Assembly: GCA_977030845.1 (NCBI GenBank)
Contig: OZ365113.1
Coordinates: forward strand, 14,384,001-14,448,000
Length of the DNA: 64,000 nucleotides
Source: Fimbriosthenelais zetlandica
Lineage: Eukaryota
Direction: 5' to 3'
Shown: one piece after another, positions 39,141 to 53,800 of the stretch
Position numbering within the stretch: position 1 is the first letter of the stretch
Layout of the letters: each line of letters opens with the position of its first letter
Notes under the pieces: model-generated
What the model was told of the DNA's origin: nothing
The model's input: only the letters and a program-made list of their open reading frames with translations
Databases searched by the model: none
Position numbers and translations under genes: made by a program

Positions 39141-42100
39141 TTCTTCTAATGATAGACCTTACTACAATAGAGAGAAATGAAGTTAAGAGGTGGGAGTCCA
39201 TAGCCTTAAGTTGTTCAATGTTCAATGTTAAATGTTATAATTAATATATATAAGGAATATAGTTCGAGATAAGAGTAGGTTAAGGCGGTACGGGTAGCTC
39301 ATTCAGGAAGGTACCAATGATCGTTCAAGCATCTCCCGATCGTTCAAGTCCCGAGTCGTACGTGGGTGTTGGGTGTGTTGTATATATATTTTGGAACACC
39401 TTTATTTGTTGTGCAAAAGGCAACATATAAAGGTCCCTTAATAAGAACCGCTACCTGAAAATCGGCCATAAAGAGAGAAATCAAGTATGTGAGCTGGCTT
39501 ACGTCCTTTACATCTTGCTCCTGATAGGAAAATTCTGATTTTAAAGTAAATTTGGTGCTTTGTATAAACAGGGAAATATATAGGTCATTCTTAATTGCAG
39601 GATTCCCTATGTACATGTATATATTAGGAGTACAGAATTAATTTACATACATGTAAATTTAATCCACCGTGCTGATGTTAATGAAGTAGAAGTTAGACGT
39701 AGCTTTACCTCGTTGTAGCATTGAATGGACCTCATTAATTCTGTGAATAGAAAGTGACCTCAGGAGACATTTGGTGATAATTAGTTTGAGAATGATGTAG
39801 TAGGGAAACAGATGTTAGATGTAGAGAGAATGGCTCTGGTCTGTCTCTGCTAGTTATGATGAGGTTAATCATTAAAGACGTAACTTGAGTTGTGAGCTGG
39901 GTTTATAACTGGAAGTCTGAGAGAAAATGGTGTAAGATCTTTAAATGCTACATGAAAATAGCCGTCATGATTATAATGGTCGTACCTTGAGAATGTCTAA
40001 TATCAGTAATATAATAGTAATTAAAGATAGCATGTGGCATAATAGACTACGGTATCGATGATTCGACTACTTTTATTTATTATTCCATAATATCTGGGAC
40101 CCAAAATAAAAAATAATTAATCTGTGATAATTTAAATTATGTTTCCTCCTCTTTTCACGAATATTCGGCTTATGTAAATACGCAAATCCAACTTATACAA
40201 ATACAAGTGTTTTAAGCTGAACATGATGTACTATCATCACGATGCGGGGGAGGCAGGTATATCAGCTTCTATTTTTATCCAAATCGTCCATCATTTTCCT
40301 CCATTTACCATCAATAATAGTTGGTCGCTCTATCTCTAATTCAATTTCATATCTGCGCCAAATTATACTCTTACATCTGCCCCCACACTGGAGCATTGCG
40401 AGTAATACATCATTAGGTTTGGACGCAAAATGCGCAGTCTGGATGATGAGGTTATGTTATGGATTGGGCGATGTCGTGTTGTTTTGCCAACCTTTATATT
40501 GTTAACATCATTGGCCTGCATGCCCTGTGGTTGTATCCAAACTGAGCTAAACTGATGCGCCTCACCACTAGGTCCTGTTTAAATACACCATTGCATGACC
40601 GCAGTCATCACCCTTAACACTCAAAAACACAAATTGATGAAGATAAATTATATAGTTTCAAAAATGACTTATATGCCATTGGATAACCCGAAAGACTCGG
40701 GTGTTAAAGAACAAGTCGCTGGCCGTTTTTACTTAGGAGAAAGATTGGGGGTGTTATTTTCATGATCATATATATGTCACCTGGAGACCTTTACTTTCCC
40801 AGAAAGTATGAATTCACGGATTTCCACTATAAGTAGAAATGTCAGAGTGTGCTAAGCGCATGGGGATGTCTCTATATGGAATTTGATGATATAAGCAAGG
40901 GAAATCTGGCGTCCAAATTTATGATGTGGAAAGATGAATGATTTCTGTCGGCCCTATCCTTTACTCTACTGTCATATGATAGTGATAGTTAGACAAAGCG
41001 ATGGAGGAGAGTGAAGGCCTTAGTTAATCTAATTACAGACATGAATGAACTCGTTGAGTATTTTCTCTCAGTTTTCTGAGCTACAGAGCGTTGCATATAT
41101 ATGGAAGACTGGGGCCTCAAGCTATGGTTTGATCAACAGCTTGGAGCTGTAGGTGGGGGACTTCTGTAGAAAAACGTCCCGACACGGTCATCTCTTGTCA
41201 CACAGACGCCCCGGTCTTGTTCCGGTTGCCTCGAGCTAAGCCTTTTACAATCTTTCCTAGTCGGTCATAGTCTTAGAGAGGAAGGTTAATAACTTTGATA
41301 TTTGGAATAAATCGCTCTGATGTTTTAAATGTTTAAACGTAATCTTCTTAGTGAACTTAATTATAAGCTTAATCTCTTTCTTATTCTTTCTCTGTAAGAT
41401 TGGTTTCTATTTAACTAATTTCTTTCCTTTTTCCTTTTTTTCTTTCATGTCCCATGTTTCATTGTCATAAGTGTTTTTGAGAAATTTTCCTTTGTGCGTC
41501 TGATTTAATTTTCGATTGTTTGTCTCTATGCCTTACCTTTGAGTTAGGGTTGTAAATTTATTGTTGACCTGGTCAGTGGTCACATTCAGCCTCCGAATCT
41601 ATTGTTTATTCAACCTGGGCAAATTTCCAGGGCGGACACACCTGCCCATTCATCCTACGATGACAATGACGCATAGTGCTAATTTGAGTGATTTATACTT
41701 GAAATTTCCTATTTGTCATTTTGCTAAGGAAATTATTGCTAAAAACATTGTAGTTTTCATCTTCAACTTTCTCAGATTTCCTCGAGAATAGGACTTAGAA
41801 CATTTCTCCATGTTCCCTCGTCTATTAGGGGCGTCTCTGGTTTATGTATACATGTACATGGGAGGAAAATGTAAAATATTTAGAGGGTACATTTTACTAT
41901 GGGAACCTAGTAAGATTCCCAGATGAAGTACCCAGACTATTGACAATACCAATCAGGAGAGAATGTTATAGAATAGTTCATAACGGGTACATTGAGCAAT
42001 ACTTGCCTGGCACATACCCAAGACCCCGTGTTCCCATGGTTTTCCATGTAAGGGATGTGTCAGGTTTGAAGAGTCATTCTGATGCACATGGCATGCTTTG

Positions 42101-45100
42101 GCTGATGTGTGGAATGAGTAATATTATATCAATCATCTAGGGTGGTATTCTCAACTGGATCGAATCATATATTGTTTGTTTCTTGGGAGCAAATCAGACA
42201 TTCATGAATTCATTCTTGGAAGATGTCATCCCATGAGACAATTTCCTATACAATTCCTGTACTTTTTGGTTGTGCGCATCCTGTTCATCTACTTGCACAA
42301 ATATGTGTAAAGTAGATTCGATGTATGGGCACGTAGACATGTAATGGATATTCTCTTGCTTTCTCTTATGTTTTAATGCCATATATATCTGAGATGAAGC
42401 CACATGTCAGTATACTGGAATTAATACATTTAGTTTTAGTTATATGGCGGGACACCCGTGGTTGCGCATCATCATGGCATTGGGAGGGCGCGCCCTATGT
42501 TTATATGTGTGTGCTTTGTATAGGGATTATAGCAGTGAGATACAAACCAGCATGAAAACATGTAATCCAGGGTCAATTTGACTGCCCCCTGCATGTGAAA
42601 AACTAAATACATGTAGCTGTACAAACCAACTGCTAAACGCCTGTACCGCCATTACTAATACTGTATGCTGCTGGAGCTGTCTCTAGACCCAAATGATCCC
42701 ATATTTTTCCATTAGTTATGACTTCCAGACATATAATGGGTCTGTACCGTCCTACCATCCAGGCATCCTATATTTTCTCATTTATCCGAGAAGATATAGG
42801 ACGTTTCCTATAATAATAGGACCGGTAATTGGGGATAGAGCATTGGATGGTAGTTGCACAAGATTTCAAGGACGATACTAATTGTCCTGTTCAAATTTAT
42901 GGGATGGTTGAAATGGTCATGTTAGTGTTCTTTTATGAACTCATTATGCTGATAAGACAAATTACATCATGACATTGTTCAGAACATAATTACCGCTCCA
43001 TGCAAATCAAGATGGGCTGATATGACATTCTAATCGCTCTCCATCTTCATTGGATTTGAGAATCAAAGGTAGCTTTATATAAAACCTTCCAAAGGGTATT
43101 TGTTTATATTTATAATCTTCCGAAACAACCCTTTTGATGTAAATTTATACAGCAACCTTTAAAACAATCCGAAAATCAAAATATGTGAAAATATCGCATA
43201 CATGATCGTAGAAAAGGTATCATACTTGAGCATTCAAAGGAAGCACTCCGTGGGAATTATGTATGTTTGTTCACGTAAGGTATATCCCATCTATGTTTAT
43301 TGTATTCAGTGAGGTAGAATACAATATAGACCCCTGGTACACACAATAAGAAGCATATTGCATATACGTGTGAAGCTGTGGGCACATTGACCTGAATAAG
43401 CCCATGGAACGATATACAGATCCAAACTTTACTGATAGTTATGGGTGTTAGAGTGGATCTTAGAGGGGTCAGACTCAATATAAAACTCATATACTTACAA
43501 CACAGCATAGGGATGAATCCCCGGAGTGACTTACATTTACATTTTATCCCTGTACATAGTTACAGTTCAGGACTTTCGGGTCATTAGTTATAATGATAAA
43601 CTATCATACCCCCTAGACTCTGATGTCCAAGAAATATACGATGCATAACATTGTACTGTACAAAGTTAAGGTTTGACAAACTAATGAAAATTAAGCCCAT
43701 TATGCTTCTCTCTCATGTGCAGATATATGACACATAATCTCCGACATGTGAGAGATAAATTGTTCCCGTCCTGAACCTAAAATAAATTATTTTCTGGATC
43801 ATATTTCACCTGTGATATATAAAACATTATTATATACATATACACAGAGTGGGATTTAAGGCTGGAATTATGAGGATTGGCTGTGGTACACTTGAGGGTA
43901 TTGGAGTGTATGTGAGGCGGGGAGGGGGGTCGTACTCTGTACCTGATTCTGACAATAGCAGAATTAATCCCCGGTGAGATAATGACCTTGTTACATTTGA
44001 TCCCTCCCCATATTACTTACAATTCCGGGATTCTTCAGCCAACTTCTATTTACACTAAGTCTGGGGAAGGTTGAGTGAGTGTCAGTATAGCCGTATAGAG
44101 CAAACCACGCTTGTATGGAGAAGCAGTGGACCAGAGGGATTAGAGAAAAACTGCGACTTCAAAGGGGGATGGGCATTGTTGGGGACGTTGAATATTACTC
44201 GTATTTATGCAGCGGGATAACTGAGGGGGCTGACTGAAGGATGTCACCCGACTTGGTGAATTCTATCAGCAGGAAAGGATTTTTTTCCATTCAAGTTAAT
44301 TATGTTTCCTCGTATGAAGCAGTGTGGTGTTTTTAATTCACAGCTTTCCATTCATTCCTTGTTCTATATCAGTACATAAAACATGAGAAGTGGGATCTGT
44401 TTCAGAAGGCCAGTACATGTATACTATATTTCCCCCAGAGACTAAGCATTTAATGTAGCTGTGTTTTTTAATGAGACGGACCCACTGGAATTCAAAGGGG
44501 TCGTTTATTCCCAATTTACTGCTATTTCAGTCGACAAGGGGCGTGTTGCATAACGAAGAGGCACTACAGTACTTTAGCAAATATTAAGTCTACAAGCTAC
44601 TGTAGCCGATTTCTCTTCTGAAACTGGCCGCATTCATATGAAGCGATTTTGATTAATGTTGACACTTTTCGGTCACACATTAAAGTGGGTTTCTGTATCT
44701 ATAATGGATTAATTGGAGCGAGTGCTATAATGTACACTCGTGAATGTGACATATGTTGAAAACTCGAGTGTTTAAACATCCCTAGTCTGAGCCCCATTAA
44801 CATTCATGTCAGGATGAGGGCCATGATTCACAGAATTCACATTTCCTTATTTCTAAAGCCCCATTCAGAAGATGGTTCACACCAATACGGTTATGATTCA
44901 TTAAATCTTTTCTATGCCTATGGAGGGGGAAGATTTCTACCAGTCAAAACTGGGGTGAAAAACGTTTTAATTTCAAGTCCCAAACATTTGATGTAGGTCA
45001 TAATATACCTTCTTTGTTAAATGTCTAATTTCTGAAGGATAACAATGAGAGGTAAATAAATATCCAGGCTATTCTTTATCGCGGTGAATAAATCATCCGA

Positions 45101-45980
45101 TATGAATATCATCCCTGTCCCTTGGAGCTAAAGTTATCTAAAGTTCTCCTTTATAACGATCTGTGGTTTTAATGTACGTAGGGAGTTACCGACTCCAGCC
45201 CATATCAAATGTGTATGGAAGTGTTCTTTATGCCCATAAAACTCGGCGGGCCACATGAGAATTAGCTAGAAATAACCAGCAGCTTTTTCGGTTACCAAGT
45301 CCATAAGCTAACTTCTACTTTGAAAGCAGCCCCTATCATTTCAAGCGCTTTAGGACTTTCTGAACCAGCTCGACCCTCACTGGACTGGATTGAAAGTGCT
45401 ATAAAAGGTGATTGAATGAACCCCGGCGGCCACAGTGGGCGGGGGTTATTAAGGTCTGGGGGCAATAAGCCACCCCAAAAATACAACAGTAGGTAATCAG
45501 TGACTGGACAACCAACTATAATACCCTCCCCCCCCCCTTACCAAACAAACCCCCCACCCCACTAATCCCCTGGTCGCCAATGCGGCGCTTGTAGCAGGGA
45601 CAGGGGATCAGTGGAAAGACAAGCTGCATGAGGGTAACTCATTCATTAAATAGGTTGTTATCAACCTGTATGGACATTTCCCTCCATATCCATGGAGTAC
45701 ATGTTAGGGGATGTGCGCACATGAGAACATCATGTTACTCTAAATCACCAAAGGATCATTCCGCCCATTATCCAATCTACTTTTAAACAGTGGGCGCCTA
45801 CTGCATGTATTCACTCACATGCATCTCTCAGACTCTGATTCCCAGGGCTCTGATTGTAGGATATATAGAGAGGCCAGTCTGGGTTTTGTTGAGGCTACAG
45901 ACACACATGTGTGTGGATGATATATTATTTGTAGGACAACTAAAGCTGACTCGCCACTCAGCCTGGAGATATTGGCCACT

Positions 45981-46012
45981 ACCACCACCACCACCACCAC
46001 CACCACCACCAC
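45981..46012 (+). repeat. (ACC)n trinucleotide microsatellite, ~10.7 units
   Basis: Perfect accaccacc run read directly from the sequence. Confidence 0.95.
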
Positions 46013-46363
46013 ATACCTCATCCCTCCCTCCAAATCTAGAGTGGAGAGCTTCACTATTACAGCCTCTATACCACTAGAGAAGTGCATGGTGTCATCCGAG
46101 GCAGGACATACCTTGGATTCAGAAGCGTGTCCAGACAGTATGGGCAGAAATACTATTAGTGTGTGTCAGTGAAGTGGAGAAGGAGTGGAAGTATGAAGAA
46201 CACATGCTTCTTGTGTGTTGACAATGTTGGACGGTAAACTACCTATAGTAGGGTGGACGTTATCTGTTGTTTCATTCAAACGGGACGTCCACCCCTGGAG
46301 TAAGTTACATCACCAGAGTATGGAATAATAATTTTTGATTTATAGTGCCTGAGATAAAATACC

Positions 46364-47807
46364 ATGTGGTCTCAGAGCCTTATACAGCAGGTGGAGGAGG
46401 AGGTGGGTGAGGAGGAGGAAGAGGGCTTACCCAGAAAAAGTTCCTTTAACACCAATACAGATCTCTCAATTGGAAAAACATCATCCAAAAGGTGGAGTTC
46501 AGGTAACAACAGTACACAGGTAGGGTCGAATAAAACCAGAACATGGCCTGGAACAATGGCGAAAACTGGCATGGAATATGCTAGATCATCACCCGAGGAG
46601 GGTGATGAGGAGGCAGGCAGAGGGAAGGGGGTCCCACTACCCCTTGATAAACTCACACTTCAGTGGGATCAACTGGACAATTGGAACGATCCATACAGCA
46701 TCAACGGACGTGATTCCGGCATCCATCTTGATGAAGACAGCAGGTTAGATCAATCAGGATCTGATTTGAGATCAGAACAATCTTTTTCTGATTTGAGATC
46801 TGATCAATCTAACACTGATCTTAGCAGACTCAGCCAGTCCAGCCCTGATCTGGGTATCGCTCATTCTGAACCGGACCTTCTCCGACCCAACCTATCTGAT
46901 CTCTATGCCTCCTGTCAATTCACCTCAGACCGCACTCTTGACCAATCGGACCCTGATATTTGGGGTGTTGATGATAATCATGCTTGCATCAGTGATGAGG
47001 ATGTTGACGATGACCAATCCACCCCAAGACATCATCCATCTTATCTCACACCTGATGCTAATACAATTGATATTGATTCCTGCCGGCGGCTTGATGCCGC
47101 TGAACCTAATGAAATGCAGAAAGTATCCCACCCCTTGACTATATCTATATCACAAAATGATGACTACTTCTTATCAGACGATGAAGTGAGTGAACAAGAC
47201 AGTTCCCAAGATAGCAGTAGCCTCAGTCCCTTGGCTTTACACGGTGGACAAATCTACAAAACACGTGGCTTTACTGATCTCTCCCTTAACACCGAAGATA
47301 ATCTCTTACCCCTCAAAGACTCTACAGATATGAAATTGCTCTCCATCGATCCTCGACCTTCCCAGAGATCACCACTGGGTGATCATTTCGAAGGCAACTC
47401 AATAAGCCTTAAAGAGTGGACAGATGGCATACAGATGTATGCAAACGATTTCGACCTGGAAGGGTATCTGACGGGTGAAGGCATCATACCAGAAAGTAAC
47501 CCATTTCATCCACAAACCCTCAAAGACGGCCAGTATTTGGACATCAGCTATGAACGACGTAACACGCGTCCCAAAGACTTCTGGGCTGATGATGAAGAAG
47601 ATGATGAGGAAGATGAGGGATGTGGCGATTCGAGCAGTGGAGGCGACCGTCGATTCTCCTTTGAAGATGAGTTCTTTCTGGAGGGAGGCGAGGTAGACTT
47701 CGACGGAGATTGGGAAAACACCACATCGAGCTTTCTCAACTGGGTTCCTCAATTCTCGCATTCCCCCGGCCTCCGACCAATATCCAACTACAGGATATTC
47801 CAACCAG
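46364..47807 (+). CDS. Orphan acidic, Ser/Asp-rich, probably disordered 481-codon exon; likely first coding exon of an unidentified gene
   Basis: Stop-free 1.5-kb ORF in AT-rich DNA. Context accATG with an in-frame TAA just upstream. Possible acceptor ending at 46345. Probable phase-1 donor CAG|GTTCGT at 47807/47808, after which the ORF becomes AT-rich and intron-like. No recognisable domain. Confidence 0.65.
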
Positions 47808-50800
47808 GTTCGTTAATATTGCCATTCGTTATATTTTTGTCATTAACTTTCTTGGGGTTATCACGCGTTTATTCAAATATTTACATATTAAGAATAACGC
47901 AAGAAATTGTTTGAAAATATTTGTCAAAAACCAACATATGAATTAGAGAAGGTTTTTAGGTGGTATAAAAAGTTTCCCACACAACCTCGAGCTCGTCCCA
48001 GAGACCTACGTGTCTTTTCCATGGCCGAGGGCAGTGTATGCAACGCGGAGTCACGTCATGTGAGGCCCTGGGCAGACGGTAATTTTACTCTCTCTAATGA
48101 CTTCTATTAAAGCTATATACTCTTCCCTCCTCGACCAGTCAAATTCTTTCTCCTTTATAGTGAGATATGGAGTTTTTTGGTGTCTATTTTACCAGGCACT
48201 TCTCGCTCAATGTGAAGGAAGATGCCTTGCTTTAGGAGAAAGGGGGTGTTATTTAAGACTTGTGTCAGACAGTGAAAGGTGGATGTTTTTAAGAATGGTT
48301 TATCTTTTCTCTAACTTTATATGTTTTACCTGAAGGAACAAATCAGACCAGAACGCAGAATGTTGTCTTTTGTGAAAGGTAATGATTTGAAAAGTGGTCT
48401 GAAGAAAGTCACTTTCTCGGTCTTACGTACCCCTCCAGAAATCTTTTGCAATGGACTCCTTTTCCCGACCTCAACTGATTCTGAAACGCACATAATGTAC
48501 CTTCCTCAGGTGATGTTTTCAGAAGAATTAGATGTCCATCTTCCTGATCCAATGCAGGTTTACATATAGTGAACAGAGCTACGAGCATGTTTAATCATGG
48601 TTCACTTGTGTTTCTTGTTGCTTGACTCTATTGAAAGTCAAGAACAGGGTCGATTGTAAAGATCTAAGCTTGCCCTGCGTGCAGATTCATTCATGCAAAC
48701 CTTGTGAATGGTATATACATGTACATGTAGTTAGGACAGAATGACTGAGTAGACTGTTGACGAACTGACAACTATAATTCTATTTTCCACTTAACTCGGA
48801 AAGTGCTTATTATGGTTCGAAAAAGAAAGTTTTCTCTTTAACTTTCTTTTTTTAAATACTATAAGATGGCCCAGTCTGCATATATATTATGCACGAATGT
48901 CTATATATGCGTAATCTAGATACAAATCTTTATAATATTTTAATTTATATCTTCCTTCATAACATTTGTTTCATGTTTTCATTGAATTGCATTGTAATTG
49001 AGAATGTTAATTCTTCATTCAGAAAAGATTTTGAGCTTTCGGTATCTCTTTCTTTGTTTACCGATTGGACTAGTTTTTGTGTAGTTCTTTCTAAGCCGAC
49101 ATATGTCTTGAGGCTTGGTATCAACTTTGGCATGGGAATACCCTCAGGCATCATTTAAACTTAATTGCTTAATTGATAATAATGGATTCTTGGAGGAATG
49201 GGAACGAGGAATGCGAATTTAAATTTTATGATACAAATAATTCATTCAGTTTTGGAAGGATTTTATGTAATAACTTTTTAGTCATGTGTACAAAGAGGAT
49301 CAATGTTGCGTGACTGATATTGTATTAATTGGGTCAGAACTATTTCTATATCCTACTGGAATGATAATTTGCTGGCATTAGTCCAGAGTAAATTTAGGTT
49401 AGGTATTAAATGAATCAGAACTGCGGGAGGCACATGTTAGGGGATACAAATGCCAAATCTCAGTAGGGATTCACTCTGATTTGGATGAGCAACTATTCAC
49501 ATTTTATTATCTACAATTGGCATTATGTGATTTAGACGAGAGTCTGTTTGCCCATGTCCAAATTAATCATATATATGCACAGTAAAGAGGTCTTTTGGCT
49601 TGTGTTTTCATCACATGGATGTGGGTGCATCATTGTTGTATCATTTGACCTCCCTGAATCTGCTTTGTCACAAAAGGATGCTATGTTGAATGGGCCTTTG
49701 CCCTGACAAAAAGATTTGCTAGTGAAATATATACCCATAGAAGTGTAGGGAACACTTCTATGATATGCCCTAGCTTTTTATTTGCAAGAGCTGAGATGAA
49801 TGGAAATGCTTAATTTAGGAACGTCCAGGAGCTAGTTGAGGCTTTCTCTACTTATGGCCTCGAGGCTTCTGTAGATATTAAAACGTCGAACTCTGCTTAG
49901 TCTGTTCTTGGGCCTATCAGCTATTCAACATGTGGAAACATGTAAAAAGGTTTTATTTGGGAAATATGGGCTATACATATATAGACAGTAATTTTGATGT
50001 GAAAATAGGACAAAATGTCCTGGCAGCGCGGAATATTCACAATGACGTCAGAAATAGGCGCTTTTGGAGCCAAATTCAGAGAACGCCATGTGTCCAAAAC
50101 TGGACCCAGGGGACGTCCATTATACCTAGAGGGTACCTGAAAGGCGTCATTACTTGTCAGCTGTTGGACTTTGATCCCAAATATTAAATGAATTGCGTGG
50201 AAAATGTATCGGTTTAATCACAGCCGATGTGACGTCTTTTATTTACTGTGGGGAGATTGGGGAATGGCCTGGTAATTTTTTTTTTTATCTTACAACAGTT
50301 TTATCTTACAAAACAGAGGGTGTCCCCACAGCCTATTCCGTCCTATAGCGGTCTTTTTACTTTCCCATTGACAAATAAGTTGATGTCATTACGCCTAATT
50401 ATAATGCATTGTCATAAAAATATAATGCATTATCATAAAGCAATAAAATAATGATAAGAATTATAGTGGCTAGGATACAATGTAATTCTTATAATTGTAT
50501 AATTATGTAATGTATAATTATACTGATCATACTTGTGATATTCATAATATATTAGTATAACATGTATGTACATTATATTATGAGATAATGCGTTTATAAA
50601 TAGCCTATATGTATATAGGCCTACGTACATGTTTGGTTTGTATTGGTATTGTAGATGAGAGATAGATGATATGGGGGAGGCTGTATACTAATTACCTAAT
50701 GCGAGGCATGCCCAGGAGGAGGCACTGTGGCGTGATTCTCCTTCTACTCCATAGATCATGGGGAAAATCAATCTCAAGGGACCGCATGGAAGCGATACAT

Positions 50801-53800
50801 ATGTCGTACATGCCCTATACACAGTATATTAATATATATACGTATATATTTTTTTTACATGAACCGAATTATTTTCACATATATGTATTTAATGTATCCT
50901 AAATTGTAGACCACGGGTGCACATTGTCAATAGCAGATGCAGCTGTGGACTATATATAATCTATATAATATTGTGTTGTTTTTTTCGAAAACACAGTTTC
51001 TTTTCCATATGTCATGTGCATATTTAAATTCGCACAAATCAGGGAGAGAAAATCTGAAGACAAAAACATGTGTAGAGAAGTAAACAACAGCTGGAGATGG
51101 TGTGTGGAGCAGGTGTTTGAATGTGACCCGGGGCGTTAGGCAATGTAGCAAACAAGCATCGTCCTTGCGGCTGTCCTTTGATCTTCCACTTTGTGAACTG
51201 CACTTTTCCCAGGCTTAAAACTGTGCACATTCTTCCACAAATATCCATCAAATAGTCTCTGTTTCCGCCAATTGGGAGTGTGTGGATAATAATTAGATTA
51301 TAGTTTTTTATACACCAGAAAAGTTGGCCTATTAAGATGATATATTTCTTTTGTTTTACGATTCCTTAATCAAAATTGGAGTAGAATAAATTTGGACAAA
51401 CTCTGCAGATATTTCACAAGAATTCCACTTTGTGTGATAGCTGAATGAATGTTGGCACAATTATGTTCAATTTTACTCGTAGGAATTACTCATAATAAGT
51501 ATTGCTGTATGTTTACTTCACGAAGCATATATTAATTAAATCGCATCACTACCTATGCTTACGGGACTATTTTTCAACTTGTTTGCCACGATGTGACCCA
51601 TGTAATTGTTTCCACTCACTTGGCCTCTATAGAATTGCCGGGTGGAACCAGAAACTAGACCATTGAAGACGTGCATTACTTGTGGACCATATATAATGTA
51701 CGCGACAAGTATGTAATATGCTAAAATATGGGTCTGTCCATAATTATGATACAGTGTTTTAAATGTATAGATCTACATTGTGGCACATAACACTAGATGA
51801 TACCCCGTATAATGAAGAATTTATTGATGAATAACCTATTTTTCTATAATACTCAGTCATGCGCACAACGTATATATTTTTGAAGACCATGAAACTCAAA
51901 TTGAAATGCATTAAAAAATTTGAAGTATATCGTTTCTGTGGGAAAGGCATACATATTTAGGGAATCGTATGTAAAGACTATTTGGATTACCGAGCGACAT
52001 GTGTGTAGAGGATTATTGCCCATCATATAAGCTGCCGCTGAGTGACGCGCCGCCTAGTGTATTTTACGTGACTTACGCATCTTTCGGGTAGACTCTATTG
52101 AGACATTCAATGTGGCTCCCCCTACACTATAATCTTAAATATTTCTGTCATATTCTGAATTTATGTCTTCGCGGGTTTAGTGGAGACATCTAGAGTGAGA
52201 ATCCTCCTGAGTAGTCGTATTTGTCTTCAGCAATATTCACTTAAAAAGAGAAACATATTTCGTCTAAAATATGAAAGAAATATGAACTTTCCTGGATCTG
52301 CACCTGAATTTGATTTTTTCTGAGTGGTGATAAACAACCACCATATTAAAAAGCTGACATTATCAAACTTGAGCTTTCAACGCCTGATGTGAATTTTAAG
52401 CCTGTCAGGATCACATGTGTTCACGGTTGATATAAATCGAGTACCACAACATGTGCATAATTAATTGAAAAGTGTACAACACGTTTCAAATAGATTTGAA
52501 CAAGTAGTTTATGCATATATATCAATGGCCTGAAGCCATAGATTTGGACCAAGATCAAAGACTGCTGTTGGAAAGTGTCAAAATGGCCATTATGAATTAG
52601 GTTGATTAATCATACTGTATACAATGGGAATCCGATGTAATCATCTCGAGTACAGACGGATGTGAGAGTTTTTTTTTTACATTTCATTAATTTTCACATC
52701 CAAGATTTCCAATTTTATAGGTTACATGACCATTCATGGGTATACAATTATTTTATCATAATTAATATAATTCAATCATGTCCATGCATAGGCGTATTTA
52801 TAGTTGTACATACGAAGTATCCATAGTTGTACCTTATTTGTCATCTAAATATATAGAATATAATTATATTCTGTTTGGTGAGTCATCGAGAATAATTTGA
52901 AATGGTTTAATTCTTTTTATCGACATACATCTGGTGCTTCTGCAGCGCTTATAATTAACACGATACAGAATTATTCCTGTCTGGAACAATCACCCTCCCT
53001 CTCCCAGCCCCCACCCCTCCCCAATCCGTGACCATGAGGTCTGGTGGATTTATACCACTGTCTGTGTGATATATGATGATTTGTATCAGTCTACCATGTG
53101 TAGCAGCGCATGCAGCCCACTCTACATCCACTCACCTGGACTCCAAACACACACATACAATACCATTTAAACTCACTCTCTCATTCTCCACCACCGCCTC
53201 CTCCTCCCATATGGATCCTGTCTACAAATACTTCATCTAAAGAGTGGAACAAACTTTTTAGATAATATCACACACAAGATTGGTGTTATGTTAGTACCAT
53301 TTGTAGACAGAAGGGACTCGTGTATATATATTATATCGATCCCATGTGAAGTGGATACATGGTATAGGAGATAGGAAATAATCCCTATTGACTTTGCCCT
53401 CTCTTGGGGCTGTTCATAACCAGCTTGTAGACTCTACCAACTTCTTATGTAGAGTTTTCCTGGTGTTCATTGAAGACTCCCAAGGGATTTTCGGACATTA
53501 ATGATAATGGTACATAAAGTCTGCCAATTGTACGGATAAAACGCTTAATGTCTTTCGAGAGGAGGACGTGTATTTTCTTGCCCCGGAGAATTGAATTACT
53601 TTATGTCTGTGCATTGGACATTCTGTGGAGAGCTTTTGAGCAAGAGGAAATTCTCCTTGATCACAGACTAAAAGTGGACTTCTTTTGAATTGATTTGATA
53701 CCTGGTCCAACTATTTTTGGAGACATTCTTCGGTGAGATTCTTTTCAGCGAAAAAGGCCTTAAAACTTGTTATCACCTGTGCTGTCTATATTATATAATA

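Noticed and set aside
45790-46172. Poly-Pro, poly-Thr and poly-Val ORFs
   Set aside because: All three are translations of the (ACC)n microsatellite.
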